A DNA stretch of 64,000 nt from Pseudomonadota bacterium (GCA_036337035.1 JAYZFC010000008.1:3213-67212); one strand, 5' to 3'; shown: positions 10,001 to 19,348, counted from the stretch's first letter. The notes: generated by a model from the letters alone, not told the origin. A program made the numbers and translations.

Positions 10001-10499
10001 AAAAGCAGTGTTATCACTAAAAACTGGGCAGGAACCTGATCTAATAAATAACTCCACAAAAAATGTTGATATTGAAATAGGTCTACCTGCATTAATCACA
10101 GAACAATACATGCCAGATGTCCATATGAGGCTTGTTCATTACAAAAGGATTAGTGAGGCAGGCACTCAAAAAGAGCTTGATAAAATTCAGGCTGATTTGA
10201 TAGATAGGTTTGGAATTCTTCCAGACGAGACTAATACATTATTCTCAGTAACAAGCTTAAAGATTAAAGCTAATATTCTTGGTATTAGTAAGATAATTGT
10301 AAAAAATAATAAGGCAAGCTTAACTTTTAGAGCGGAAACAAAGATTGATCCATTTGCTTTAACAGATCTAGTCAATAATTTTCCTCATAAATATAATCTT
10401 GAAAATCAATACAAACTAACATATAGCTGGCCAATGGACCATCCATCTAATAGAATTGAAGAAGTTAATAACTTCATAAACTTATTATCTAAGGAATAA
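7020..10499 (+). CDS. mfd: transcription-repair coupling factor Mfd
   Basis: 1159 aa. The N-terminal region aligns by eye to the E. coli Mfd UvrB-homology region (LPYDDYSPPQE, GEFAVRGSLIDIYP, RIDFFDNSIDSIRIF). SF2 translocase motifs GDVGFGKTEVA, DEEHRFGV and QLHQLRGRVGRS are present. The TTG start at 7020 overlaps the upstream OMP gene by 23 nt, so the exact start is uncertain. Confidence 0.93.
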   Translation: MDTKKHSNRILLEGLKPNFNLTENISGYSIGSLYGCSDSLLLSLISDKYKNICVITNNDASSEQIINEIKFFNNQIELINLGDYGTLPYDDYSPPQELLSERIKSLYNILTIKNKIIVSNVSNLFNKLPPKEFIKSRLFNIKINAYYNYDYIKDKLNEFGYFKTNNVISPGEFAVRGSLIDIYPANKENPVRIDFFDNSIDSIRIFNPNSQATIKKIENLSILPARDFTLNDESIIRFRENFRKYINCNPSESNIYNKISEGRIPAGIEYYLPLFFDKTYSLLDYLHKDTILISLGNYEASIKDSWKTINNRFIESKEVSTEPKLKPEFIFNSPKEIKKDISNFKSLTLFDKKIKEQKCLSYNVEAIHPLSIGDPYILNKIDRYIKSNKTEKILITSSSLGNNEILNKILNEYQVSAKYIQSWDEFILSDTGIFIIVANIKDGLVLPYLNLMVITSELLGIEKPQQFIKSKRVTNKTPETIIKELNDLRISSPVIHDEYGIGRYKGLKPIKVNTDGIIMTEFLAIEYADHDMLYVPIYNLHLINRYTGASPDKAPLHKLGSDQWIKAKKRAATKVRDIAAELLKIYAERSGSKGISFSINDNAYQEFSLEFPFQETEDQETTINSVLKDLEQQYPMDRIVCGDVGFGKTEVALRAAFVVANAGYQVAVLVPTTLLAQQHFTTFSERFINWPINIGLLSRFESSKNLEKTKNNLEKGLIDIVIGTHKLLNKDLKFKSLGLVIIDEEHRFGVRHKEKLKEIRSDIDVLSLTATPIPRTLNMTLGGLRDLSIIATPPQDRLSIKTMHNEWSNISIKETIMREIHRGGQIYFVHNHIDSIKTIFSKLNKLLPEIKIEIAHGRMPENKLESIMIDFYKRKFDLLLCTTIIESGIDIPSANTIIINRADKLGLAQLHQLRGRVGRSNHQAYALLISPPKISLNEDAKKRLEAIEILEDLGSGFTLSNHDLEIRGAGELLGKDQSGKIQAIGFSYYNQLLEKAVLSLKTGQEPDLINNSTKNVDIEIGLPALITEQYMPDVHMRLVHYKRISEAGTQKELDKIQADLIDRFGILPDETNTLFSVTSLKIKANILGISKIIVKNNKASLTFRAETKIDPFALTDLVNNFPHKYNLENQYKLTYSWPMDHPSNRIEEVNNFINLLSKE

Positions 10500-10500
10500 A

Positions 10501-11238
10501 ATGGATTTTACTATCTTGATGAAAAATATAATATATTTTACTGTCTTAGTTTTTATATCTCAACAGATATACAGTCAAGATGAAAATATAGATGAATCAA
10601 TAAAAAAACAATACAAAATTGAAGTTATATTTTTTACTTATAATGAATTTGATCCCAATGAAGAAAGTTTTGATAACCCAGATCCTCATACTCTTTTGGA
10701 TTTAATAAACAAAGATATATTCACTAATCAATCAATAAGATCGCAATATACTATCGATAGAATAATATCTAACTTAAATACAGTTGCTTTTGCAGATAAT
10801 TATGAACCTAAATCACCCATAGATAACCTTAATACTAATAATATCTACTGGTTTAAACTATTAGATAGTCAAAATTATAGCCTTAATGGAATTGCTGATA
10901 GGCTAAATACTTTGGATGTATACACACTAGTTTCCCATGGAGCCTGGATCCAAGAATCTTACTCAGAAAATGAACCTTATCAATTCAAATTACATCATCT
11001 AGGTTCTATGAATCCGCTTGGTACGATTCATTTTTATGAAAGTAGATTTTTACATGTAAGAATAGATGCTCAATACTCTTCTAAATATTTAGACATCTCC
11101 TATAGTGATGTAATCAATAAAATAAAAATGCCTTATAAATATAATATAGATAAAGAGAGAATAATTAGAGTTGGAGAAATAAATTACTTTGATCATCCAG
11201 CATTTGGAATGATTATTTTAGTTGAAGATTATCCCTAA
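10501..11238 (+). CDS. CsiV-like (DUF2803-type) periplasmic protein
   Basis: 245 aa, starting 1 nt after the mfd stop. Has an N-terminal signal/TM segment (IIYFTVLVFISQQIYSQ). Blocks YKIEVIFFTY, VSHGAWIQ, FLHVRIDAQY and INYFDHPAFGMIILV resemble my memory of the CsiV/DUF2803 family. That family lies beside mfd in Vibrio (recalled, not checked). Confidence 0.55.
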   Translation: MDFTILMKNIIYFTVLVFISQQIYSQDENIDESIKKQYKIEVIFFTYNEFDPNEESFDNPDPHTLLDLINKDIFTNQSIRSQYTIDRIISNLNTVAFADNYEPKSPIDNLNTNNIYWFKLLDSQNYSLNGIADRLNTLDVYTLVSHGAWIQESYSENEPYQFKLHHLGSMNPLGTIHFYESRFLHVRIDAQYSSKYLDISYSDVINKIKMPYKYNIDKERIIRVGEINYFDHPAFGMIILVEDYP

Positions 11239-11258
11239 TAATGAGGTAAGAAGATAAA

Positions 11259-12278
11259 TTAATTCAAGTTGGCTATTGCTTGCTGTGCTTCTAGATAAAG
11301 GTCATTATCTTTTAACTCTGAGAATATATATTCACCTTTACCATATAGCTTCTCTAGTCTTGGCTGTGAATCATAATTAACATAACCATCTAGATTAGCA
11401 ATTATTTTAGATATTTTTTTTGTAGAATTACATAATATAACCATATCACATCCTGATTGTAATGACTTTGTAACTAAATCAGTAGGATCTTCACCTTTTA
11501 ATGCAGCTCCAGACATAGATAAGTCATCTGTAATGATTGCTCCATTAAAATTTAGCTCTCCACGCAATTTATCCTTAATCCATACAGAGGAAAGGCTAGC
11601 TGGAACATCATGAATTTTTGGAAAAACGACATGACTAATCATAATACTTTCTAGCTCTGAGCGAATTAATAATGAATATGGATAAATATCTTTATTTAGC
11701 TCTAGGTAATTTCTCTGATCAATTGCAATCTCTTTATGAGAATCATTCTTGGCGCCTGAATGACTAGGAAAATGCTTGGCTGTTGAAGACATGCCAGCGT
11801 CTCTCATACCGGTAGTTAGTTCTAATGCCATTTCGCTTACAGCTATATGATTAGAGTGGATAGATCTATCACCTATTATTGAAGAAATTCCTAGATCTAG
11901 ATCAACTACTGGCGTAAAAGCTAAATCTATACCAATAGATCTAATTTCAGCTGCTAAAAGCCACCCAATCCTATAAGCTACTATTTTAGATTTCTTTATA
12001 TCTTTATTATATAAGTTACCAAGCTTAGTCATGCTAGGAATAATAGTTAAAGGATCCTTAAATCTTTGTACCCTTCCACCTTCATGATCTACTGCAATTA
12101 TTGGTGCTGGAGATTTTATTGATTTTATCTCTTTGACAAGACCTAATAGCTGATGAAAATTTTTATAATTCCTAGAAAACAATATAACGCCACCAACGAC
12201 AGGAGACTTTATAAACTCTACCTCTTGTGGACTAAGACAAGTACCCTCTATGTCTATCATTAAAGGCCCGATAATCAT
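11259..12278 (-). CDS. nagZ: beta-N-acetylhexosaminidase NagZ (peptidoglycan recycling)
   Basis: 339 aa with a GH3 N-terminal domain: IIAVDHEGGRVQRF, KHFPSHSG and IITDDLSMSGA. Confidence 0.9.
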   Translation of the reverse strand: MIIGPLMIDIEGTCLSPQEVEFIKSPVVGGVILFSRNYKNFHQLLGLVKEIKSIKSPAPIIAVDHEGGRVQRFKDPLTIIPSMTKLGNLYNKDIKKSKIVAYRIGWLLAAEIRSIGIDLAFTPVVDLDLGISSIIGDRSIHSNHIAVSEMALELTTGMRDAGMSSTAKHFPSHSGAKNDSHKEIAIDQRNYLELNKDIYPYSLLIRSELESIMISHVVFPKIHDVPASLSSVWIKDKLRGELNFNGAIITDDLSMSGAALKGEDPTDLVTKSLQSGCDMVILCNSTKKISKIIANLDGYVNYDSQPRLEKLYGKGEYIFSELKDNDLYLEAQQAIANLN

Positions 12279-12285
12279 AAACTTA

Positions 12286-12771
12286 TTAATCTCTTATTAT
12301 TACACTCATTCCAAAATGCACTAGCTCAAATAAATCTAATATATCTTTATTTGTCATCCTGATGCATCCCTTTGAGCCTATCTTGCCCATCTTTTCATTA
12401 TCAGGACATCCATGAATGTAGATATACCTTTGCATAGTGTCAACATTGCCAAGTCTATTTCTACCAACTTCAATCCCTGATAACCAAATAATTCTTGTAA
12501 GTATCCAATCTCTATTAGGATAAGTTAGTCTAAGCCCTTCATTATAAGTTTCACCAGTTACTCTCCTGTTAACAAAAACTGATCCTATAGGTTTGTCTTT
12601 ACCAATTTTTGCTCTAATAATATGCTTTCCTCTTGGCGTCATATAACTATTTTTACTTTCGCCTGCACCATATATAGAGCTAGAAATAGGATAATATTTA
12701 AAAACCTTGTCATTGATTACAAGCTCCAGATTTTGAAGCTTTAGATCAATATTGATATATCTACTAATCAT
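12286..12771 (-). CDS. YkuD-domain protein without signal peptide (L,D-transpeptidase fold; possible cytoplasmic L,D-carboxypeptidase)
   Basis: 161 aa. The catalytic YkuD motif is IYIHGCPDNEKMGKIGSKGCIRM (His ... Gly-Cys-Ile-Arg). The N-terminus MISRYINIDLKLQNLELV has no hydrophobic signal sequence or lipobox. Starts 7 nt downstream of the nagZ stop on the same strand. Confidence 0.75.
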   Translation of the reverse strand: MISRYINIDLKLQNLELVINDKVFKYYPISSSIYGAGESKNSYMTPRGKHIIRAKIGKDKPIGSVFVNRRVTGETYNEGLRLTYPNRDWILTRIIWLSGIEVGRNRLGNVDTMQRYIYIHGCPDNEKMGKIGSKGCIRMTNKDILDLFELVHFGMSVIIRD

Positions 12772-12780
12772 ATATCTCTA

Positions 12781-13167
12781 TCATTTACCTAAAGACATTA
12801 AGACAGAAAAAGCAACTACTAATCCATCATCATCGCTTAAAGATATATAGCTACTTCCAATACCTAAACTTTCTTTAATTTTCATCCCTTTATCAGAAAA
12901 TATAACGAAAGGCTTTCCTTTATCGTCTTGATCTATGCCAATATCTTTTAACCAAATACCTTTAGATAGTCCTGTTCCCATAGCTTTTACAATTGCTTCT
13001 TTAGCAGCAAATCTCATAGCCAAAAAACGAACTTTATTATTTGATTCATAAAACTTAATTAGCTCTTCTTTTAGCAGGATACGAATAGCAAAATTATCAC
13101 TATAAATATCAAATATTTTTTTTATTCTTGATATCTTGACGATATCTGAACCTATACCGTAAATCAT
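12781..13167 (-). CDS. acpS: holo-[acyl-carrier-protein] synthase
   Basis: 128 aa. MIYGIGSDIVKISRI and FAAKEAIVKA are typical of AcpS. Follows pdxJ as in E. coli. Confidence 0.9.
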   Translation of the reverse strand: MIYGIGSDIVKISRIKKIFDIYSDNFAIRILLKEELIKFYESNNKVRFLAMRFAAKEAIVKAMGTGLSKGIWLKDIGIDQDDKGKPFVIFSDKGMKIKESLGIGSSYISLSDDDGLVVAFSVLMSLGK

Positions 13168-13168
13168 T

Positions 13169-13906
13169 CTAGTCGCGCCTCTTTAAAAGCCCCTTCATTT
13201 CTTTTACTGCCTTTTCCATACCATCAAATAAAGATCTAGAAATTATAGAGTGGCCAATATTTAACTCAACAATCTCAGTTATAGAAACTATTTCAGATAC
13301 ATTATGGTAATTTAATCCATGACCTGCATGAATAGTTAAACCTAAACTTGATCCAAACAAGGCAGCGTCACTTATTCTTTTTAACTCAGATGCTTTATCA
13401 CTTTGTTTAACAGAATCAGCATACAAACCAGTATGTAACTCTATTACTTTCACACCGCATGATAAAGCAGCTTCTATTTGGCTAAAATCAGGGTCTATAA
13501 ATAATGAAGGTCTTATCTTATTTTGAATTAGCATTTTACAAGCATCAGAAACTTCATCTATCTGATTTAGAACATCTAATCCTCCTTCAGTTGTTAACTC
13601 TTCTCTCTTCTCTGGAACGAGACAACAATCAGTTGGTTTATATTTAACTGCTATATCGAGCATTTCTCTAGTAATTGCCATTTCTAAGTTAACTCGAGAT
13701 GATACTGAATTCAATATTAGCTCTAGATCGCTTAACTGAATATGACGACGATCTTCTCTTAAATGAATAGTGATGCTATCAGCACCAGATGATATTGCTA
13801 TTAAAGCAGCGTCAAGAGGGCTAGGATAATCCGTACCTCTCGCTTGACGTACTGTTGCCACATGATCGACATTTACACCTAAAGAAATATATTTTTGATC
13901 ACTCAT
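13169..13906 (-). CDS. pdxJ: pyridoxine 5'-phosphate synthase
   Basis: 245 aa. LGVNVDHVATVRQARG, ITIHLREDRRHI and ELHTG motifs. Confidence 0.93.
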   Translation of the reverse strand: MSDQKYISLGVNVDHVATVRQARGTDYPSPLDAALIAISSGADSITIHLREDRRHIQLSDLELILNSVSSRVNLEMAITREMLDIAVKYKPTDCCLVPEKREELTTEGGLDVLNQIDEVSDACKMLIQNKIRPSLFIDPDFSQIEAALSCGVKVIELHTGLYADSVKQSDKASELKRISDAALFGSSLGLTIHAGHGLNYHNVSEIVSITEIVELNIGHSIISRSLFDGMEKAVKEMKGLLKRRD

Positions 13907-13918
13907 AGAGTTTAAAGT

Positions 13919-14638
13919 CTAATTATATAAATTATTAAGGACATAAGTTGTTTTTAGAGACCTGCCTCCTAATTGGTGACTCAATGCAATAGACAGCAAT
14001 CTCTTTGCTGATCTTAAAACAGATGAGTCATTTAAATCTTTATTAGCCATAGATATCAAATTTTTTCCTAAAAAAATATTTTTGTCTTCAGAGCTTTTAT
14101 TAGTTGCTATTAAACCATTTTCTGGCTCAAACTTGTAATAACGATTAGATTCAACAGGCTTTCTAGTAGCTATCTCCTTTGTTAAGTCTATACCATAACC
14201 TATTGACTTTAATAGCTTAAACTCAAAAATTCTTACGTATTTCGCTGGATCTACATTATTAGATAAATTGTTTATTGCAAATGAGTAAGCATTATAAAGC
14301 TCTATATTAGAATCATTCCTCGTCGCTAATCTTATTATTAACTCGTTTATATAATAACCAGCCATAAGTGACTTTTTCTTCAAAAATGAATGTGGTGCCA
14401 AAGATTCAATATTAGTAAGAACTCCTAAATCAGTCTTTTTGTTATATGAAATCTTTAATTCATTAAACGGAAGAAGTGTGCCTTTTTTTTTGCTACCTTT
14501 CCTTCTTACGCCTTTAGCAACAACGCTCAGAAGCCCATGATTTAAAGTCATAAAGTCTATAATAGCGCTAGTATTCATATAAGGTCTATGATGTAAAATA
14601 TATGAATTCTCGTTATAAAAATTATTATTTTTATTCAT
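13919..14638 (-). CDS. recO: DNA repair protein RecO
   Basis: 239 aa. The N-terminal OB-fold-like pattern YILHHRPYMNTSAIIDFMTLNHGLLSVVAKGVRR matches the RecO consensus. Lies in the conserved era-recO-pdxJ position. Confidence 0.8.
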   Translation of the reverse strand: MNKNNNFYNENSYILHHRPYMNTSAIIDFMTLNHGLLSVVAKGVRRKGSKKKGTLLPFNELKISYNKKTDLGVLTNIESLAPHSFLKKKSLMAGYYINELIIRLATRNDSNIELYNAYSFAINNLSNNVDPAKYVRIFEFKLLKSIGYGIDLTKEIATRKPVESNRYYKFEPENGLIATNKSSEDKNIFLGKNLISMANKDLNDSSVLRSAKRLLSIALSHQLGGRSLKTTYVLNNLYN

Positions 14639-14643
14639 AATTA

Positions 14644-15537
14644 TTAATTAGAATCTAAATTCAATTGACTGCTAGTACTATCAGACCAGCTCTCTGCAGT
14701 CTTCACCCATAGCTCAATATGAGATCTTATACCAAATAAAAAATTTATCTCCTTTCTAGCAAGAGTACCAACATTCTTTAAAACTTTGCCTCCTTTTCCT
14801 ATAACAATAGACTTGTGACTTTCTTTATTTATCAGGATAACAGCATGAATATGAATCCTTGAGCCCTCTTTACCTATATGCTCAACTTTTACCTTTAGCT
14901 CATATGGTATTTCCTCATGAAGGCTATTCATAAGCTTTTCTCTAATAATCTCCTCTACTCTATACTTCTTATCTTTATCAGTAATAAAGCTATTGCTAAA
15001 AATAATTGGAGCTACAGGTAGGTTCTTTATAATCTGGTCAATTAATCTATCAAGATTAATCTTTTTCTTTGAAGATATAGGGACATAACTAAGAAAATCA
15101 AATTCTTTCTTCACCTTAGAAAGAAAGGGTAATAAATTTCTCTTATCTTTAATATTATCTATCTTATTAATTACTAAGATAGTTTTTTTAGATAGCTTAA
15201 TCAAACTATCTCTTAACATATAATCTTGTTTAGTGATTCTAGAAGCTTCAATCATAAAAACTATAAGATCTGAATCTATCATAGTTTGGTTAATTGACTT
15301 AGCCATTAGCTGATTAAGAAGTGCTTTTCTCTTTAACTGGAGACCTGGGGTATCAACAAATATAATTTGATTATTAGAAGTATTTAGCACACCCAAAATA
15401 TTATCTCTTGTAGTATGTGCTTTATTAGTAACAATACTAATCTTCTCTCCTATTAATGTATTTATTAAGGTTGATTTACCTACATTGGGTCTACCTATAA
15501 TACCTACATAACCACATCTAATTTTATTATTTTTCAT
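14644..15537 (-). CDS. era: GTPase Era
   Basis: 297 aa. G1 GRPNVGKST, G3 DTPG and G4 NKID motifs, with a C-terminal KH domain (VIGKGGKVLK). Confidence 0.94.
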   Translation of the reverse strand: MKNNKIRCGYVGIIGRPNVGKSTLINTLIGEKISIVTNKAHTTRDNILGVLNTSNNQIIFVDTPGLQLKRKALLNQLMAKSINQTMIDSDLIVFMIEASRITKQDYMLRDSLIKLSKKTILVINKIDNIKDKRNLLPFLSKVKKEFDFLSYVPISSKKKINLDRLIDQIIKNLPVAPIIFSNSFITDKDKKYRVEEIIREKLMNSLHEEIPYELKVKVEHIGKEGSRIHIHAVILINKESHKSIVIGKGGKVLKNVGTLARKEINFLFGIRSHIELWVKTAESWSDSTSSQLNLDSN

Positions 15538-16225
15538 TATTGATCTTCATAATCATCTCATAGGCTGCTTTTTGTTCAGCAATTCTCCTACTGCTTCCTT
15601 TTCCTTCAGTAGCTAAGCAACCATTATCTATTTGGCATGAAACATAAAAATGTTTATCATGCTCAGCTCCAACAATTTTTGTTATTTTATAAATCGGCAA
15701 ATCTCTATCTAGTTTCTGCAAAATTTCCTGCAATTTAGTTTTCGAATCTTTAAGAGCGCTTGGATGGGGTAATTGATTTAATCGATAATCAAAAAGTACC
15801 CCTATACTTTTATCAGCTAAGTCATAACCGCCATCAATATATATAGCACCGACGATAGCTTCTATTGCACACGCTAAAATAGAGTCGCTATTTCCTCCAC
15901 CTGATGATGAAGCTCCAGGACCTAAAATCAAATACTTTGAGAGATTAATTTCTTTTGCTATATTTGCTAAGGTAATTCCCTTAACTAGCTCTGATCTAAA
16001 TCGACTTAAGTCACCTTCATTAGTCTGATGTTTTATTTTATATAGCCTACTAGATATACTAAAACTTAATAAGGAATCTCCTAAGAACTCTAACCTTTCA
16101 TTATTAACCTTAGAGAAACTTTTATGTGTCAAAGCTTGATCAAGAAGTGACAAGTCATTAAACCTATACTTAAAATGCTTCTCAACCCAATTAAATCTTA
16201 TTTTTTGTGTCAAACTATCATCCAA
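15527..16225 (-). CDS. rnc: ribonuclease III
   Basis: 232 aa. RNase III signature ERLEFLGDS and a C-terminal dsRBD. Overlaps era by 11 nt. Confidence 0.93.
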   Translation of the reverse strand: MDDSLTQKIRFNWVEKHFKYRFNDLSLLDQALTHKSFSKVNNERLEFLGDSLLSFSISSRLYKIKHQTNEGDLSRFRSELVKGITLANIAKEINLSKYLILGPGASSSGGGNSDSILACAIEAIVGAIYIDGGYDLADKSIGVLFDYRLNQLPHPSALKDSKTKLQEILQKLDRDLPIYKITKIVGAEHDKHFYVSCQIDNGCLATEGKGSSRRIAEQKAAYEMIMKINNEK

Positions 16226-16234
16226 GTAAAAAAT

Positions 16235-16993
16235 TTACTCAATATTAGTACCAATTCTTGACCAGTATGGACCTCCTTCGCTAGGCCATCTCCAGTTCAT
16301 CCAAATAAGTACAGCTTTCCCTACAAGGTTTTCTTCAGGAATAAAATCTACTCCATCAAAACGACTATCCCTACTATTATCCCTGTTATCACCCATCATA
16401 AAGTAATGATTATCAGGAACTATGTATACTCCACCAGGGCTTATTCTATCTTTCATAAGCAACAGCTTATGTAGCTTATCACCTAAAACTTCCTCACCAA
16501 GCTCAAGATTTGTATCAAAATCATAAAATCCTATTAATTTAATAGAAATAACCTCTCCATTTATGGTTAAACTCTTAGAGTATTGATCATAAAAAATTTC
16601 ATCCCCTGGTAAGCCTATTAATCTTTTAACATAATTTATTTTAGGGTCCGAGGGAAGCCTAAATACAACAACATCACCTCTTTTTGGTAATCCAATATCT
16701 AAAACTTTTGTGTTTATAACAGGAAGTCTTAATCCATATGCAAACTTACTTACAAAAATAAAGTCACCTCGTATCAATGTCGGCATCATTGAGCCAGAAG
16801 GTATCCTGAATGGCTCAAATATAAAAGATCTTAAGACCAAGACTAGTAGTAAAACTGGAAAAAAAGATTTTGAATATTCAAATAAAAGAGGTTCTTTCTT
16901 GTTAGATTTTTTATAATTAAAAAATATTATATCAACCAAATAAACAACACCTGTAAAGAATGTTAATAATACCAATATTAATGCAAAATCCAT
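16235..16993 (-). CDS. lepB: signal peptidase I
   Basis: 252 aa with an N-terminal TM segment. Catalytic boxes SGSMMPTL, VKRLIGLPGD and GDNRDNSRDSR. Confidence 0.93.
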   Translation of the reverse strand: MDFALILVLLTFFTGVVYLVDIIFFNYKKSNKKEPLLFEYSKSFFPVLLLVLVLRSFIFEPFRIPSGSMMPTLIRGDFIFVSKFAYGLRLPVINTKVLDIGLPKRGDVVVFRLPSDPKINYVKRLIGLPGDEIFYDQYSKSLTINGEVISIKLIGFYDFDTNLELGEEVLGDKLHKLLLMKDRISPGGVYIVPDNHYFMMGDNRDNSRDSRFDGVDFIPEENLVGKAVLIWMNWRWPSEGGPYWSRIGTNIE

Positions 16994-17017
16994 TGTATAT
17001 TACCTCGATAAAATTAA

Positions 17018-18829
17018 TTATTTGTTTCCCTTAAGTATAGCTAAAAACGCCTCTTGAGGAACCTCAACTGTTCCTACTTGCTTCATTCTTTTCTTACCTG
17101 ACTTTTGTTTTTCTAATAGCTTCATCTTCCTCGTCACATCTCCACCATATAGCTTAGCAGTAACATCTTTCCTAAGTGCTTTAACTGTACTCCTTGCCAA
17201 TACTTGGCTTCCTATAGCTGCCTGAATAGCTACATCGAATAGCTGTCTAGGTATGACATTTTTTAATGTATCAACAATCTGTCTACCTCTTCTATCAGCA
17301 AAATCACGAAATACAATCGTAGACATAGCATCAACCTTTTCTTTATTAATCAGAATATCTAATTTAACTAAATCAGACTTCTGAAATCTAACAAAATGAT
17401 AATCAAAGGAAGCATACCCACGACTCACTGATTTAAGCCTATCAAAAAAATCTAGAACAACTTCAGACAGTGGTAGCTCATAATCTAAAGAAACCTGATT
17501 ACCTAAATATTGTAATTTTTTTTGAACGCCTCTTTTTTCTATACAAAGCTTAATAACAGGACCTACATAGTCCTGAGGAAGTAAAATATTTGCTAATATA
17601 ATTGGTTCTTTTATGTGTTTAATTTGATTTAAATCAGGCAGTAAAGCTGGACTTTCTATACTTATGCTTTTTCCACTCAAAAGATCAACTTGATAAACTA
17701 CCGTTGGAGCTGTAGATATAAGATTTAAACTATACTCTCTCTCTAGCCTTTCTTGAACTATCTCTAGGTGTAGCATTCCTAAAAAACCACATCTAAAACC
17801 AAAGCCTAATGCTGCACTTCCTTCTGGTTCAAAATGAAAAGCAGCATCATTAAGGCGTAATTTTTCAAGGGCATCTCTAAAAGATTCGTAGTCATCTGAA
17901 TTAATTGGGAATAGACCAGCAAAGACTCTTGGCTTGATCTTTTTAAATCCTGGTAACGCAAGAGTTTTTTCATCACCTGGCTTTCTTATTGTGTCTCCAA
18001 CAGGAGCACCATTTATATCTTTTATTGCAGCAATAATAAACCCAACCTCTCCTGCATTAAGGCTATCTTTATCTATCATCTTTGGAGTAAATATTCCTAA
18101 CCTATCAGCAGAATAGGACCTTCCAGAAGACATAACTTGAATCTTATCTCCTTTTTTTAAGCTTCCATCTACTATTCGAACTAATGATACTACTCCACAG
18201 TATGGATCAAACCACGAATCAATAATTAAGGCTTGAAGATATGAATTATTATTAGCTACAGGAGCAGGTATCGTTTTAATAATTCTTTCAATTAAGTCAG
18301 GTACTCCTAAACCAGTCTTAGCACTTACTTTATGGATATCGCTAGTATCTAAACCAATTAACTCTTCTATCTCTCTAGACACTTTATCTGGATCAGATGC
18401 TGGCAAATCTATTTTATTTAGCACTGGTAAAACCTCTAGATTTTGCTCAATTGCAGAATAGCAATTTGCTATACTTTGAGCCTCTACGCCCTGAGCTGAA
18501 TCAACAACTAAAATAGCTCCCTCGCAAGCCGATAAAGATCTAGAAACCTCATAGGAAAAATCAACATGGCCTGGTGTATCAATAAAATTCAGCTGGTAAC
18601 GGTCCCCATCCTCGGAGTTATAATTTAATGAGACGCTTTGTGCCTTAATTGTGATTCCTCTCTCTCTTTCTAAATCCATAGAATCAAGAACCTGATCATT
18701 CATCTCTCTATCAGAAAGCCCACCGCATAATTGAATAATTCTGTCAGCCAATGTTGATTTACCATGATCAATATGGGCTATTATTGAAAAATTTCTTATT
18801 TTTTTTATTGAGTATTTATTATCAACCAC
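17018..18829 (-). CDS. lepA: translation elongation factor 4 (LepA)
   Basis: 603 aa. [28 protein letters not shown] and NKID motifs, with the characteristic LepA C-terminal domain. Confidence 0.95.
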   Translation of the reverse strand: MVDNKYSIKKIRNFSIIAHIDHGKSTLADRIIQLCGGLSDREMNDQVLDSMDLERERGITIKAQSVSLNYNSEDGDRYQLNFIDTPGHVDFSYEVSRSLSACEGAILVVDSAQGVEAQSIANCYSAIEQNLEVLPVLNKIDLPASDPDKVSREIEELIGLDTSDIHKVSAKTGLGVPDLIERIIKTIPAPVANNNSYLQALIIDSWFDPYCGVVSLVRIVDGSLKKGDKIQVMSSGRSYSADRLGIFTPKMIDKDSLNAGEVGFIIAAIKDINGAPVGDTIRKPGDEKTLALPGFKKIKPRVFAGLFPINSDDYESFRDALEKLRLNDAAFHFEPEGSAALGFGFRCGFLGMLHLEIVQERLEREYSLNLISTAPTVVYQVDLLSGKSISIESPALLPDLNQIKHIKEPIILANILLPQDYVGPVIKLCIEKRGVQKKLQYLGNQVSLDYELPLSEVVLDFFDRLKSVSRGYASFDYHFVRFQKSDLVKLDILINKEKVDAMSTIVFRDFADRRGRQIVDTLKNVIPRQLFDVAIQAAIGSQVLARSTVKALRKDVTAKLYGGDVTRKMKLLEKQKSGKKRMKQVGTVEVPQEAFLAILKGNK

Positions 18830-18855
18830 TTCAGACCTAAATATAACTTAGACTA

Positions 18856-19089
18856 TTATCTACTAAGATAATCTAATACGGCATCAGAATCTAGTGGATA
18901 TCCAGAAAGCTCTCCATGATCTCCCAAAATGACAGGAACTCTTAGGCCATAAGATTTTATTAACTCATAATCACCATCAATATTAATTATTATTAAATTA
19001 GCTTTATCACTAATTAATGACTCTAATTTATCTTTAACAACATCACATAAATGACAGTCATTTCTTGTATAAATATAAATATTTTTCAA
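18856..19089 (-). CDS. glutaredoxin-like small protein (thioredoxin fold, DUF836-like)
   Basis: 77 aa. N-terminal CxxC (YTRNDCHLCD) followed by a short Trx-fold-length body with VPVI. The TTG start overlaps the sdhE stop by 4 nt. Confidence 0.6.
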   Translation of the reverse strand: MKNIYIYTRNDCHLCDVVKDKLESLISDKANLIIINIDGDYELIKSYGLRVPVILGDHGELSGYPLDSDAVLDYLSR

Positions 19090-19340
19090 TTGATGCTTTT
19101 TATACTTGATCTAATTAATTTTAACAAATTCACTAATACTTCATTATCTGATAATTTATTTCCTAGAATAAAAGAATGTAGGTCTGGATCAGGTAACTCT
19201 AAAAGCGAGGCAAACATTTCTTTTTCTTCTTGATTTAGATCTACAAAGAAGTTATCAAGAAAATTAATCAGTACTGAATCTAATTCTCGCATTCCTCTTC
19301 TGCAACGCCAACGAAGTTTTGAAATATTATCGACTAACAA
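19086..19340 (-). CDS. sdhE: FAD assembly factor SdhE (SDHAF2/YgfY family)
   Basis: 84 aa. RWRCRRGMRELD and LELPDPDL align by eye to E. coli SdhE (HWACRRGMRELD ... LECDDPDL). TTG start 8 nt after the sdhB stop. Confidence 0.88.
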   Translation of the reverse strand: MLVDNISKLRWRCRRGMRELDSVLINFLDNFFVDLNQEEKEMFASLLELPDPDLHSFILGNKLSDNEVLVNLLKLIRSSIKSIN

Positions 19341-19348
19341 GATTTATC

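Noticed and set aside
8144-10375. Minus-strand ORFs 8144..8368, 9191..9394 and 10187..10375 inside mfd.
   Set aside because: Short antisense ORFs within a 1159-aa gene that has unambiguous helicase motifs. There is no independent support for them.
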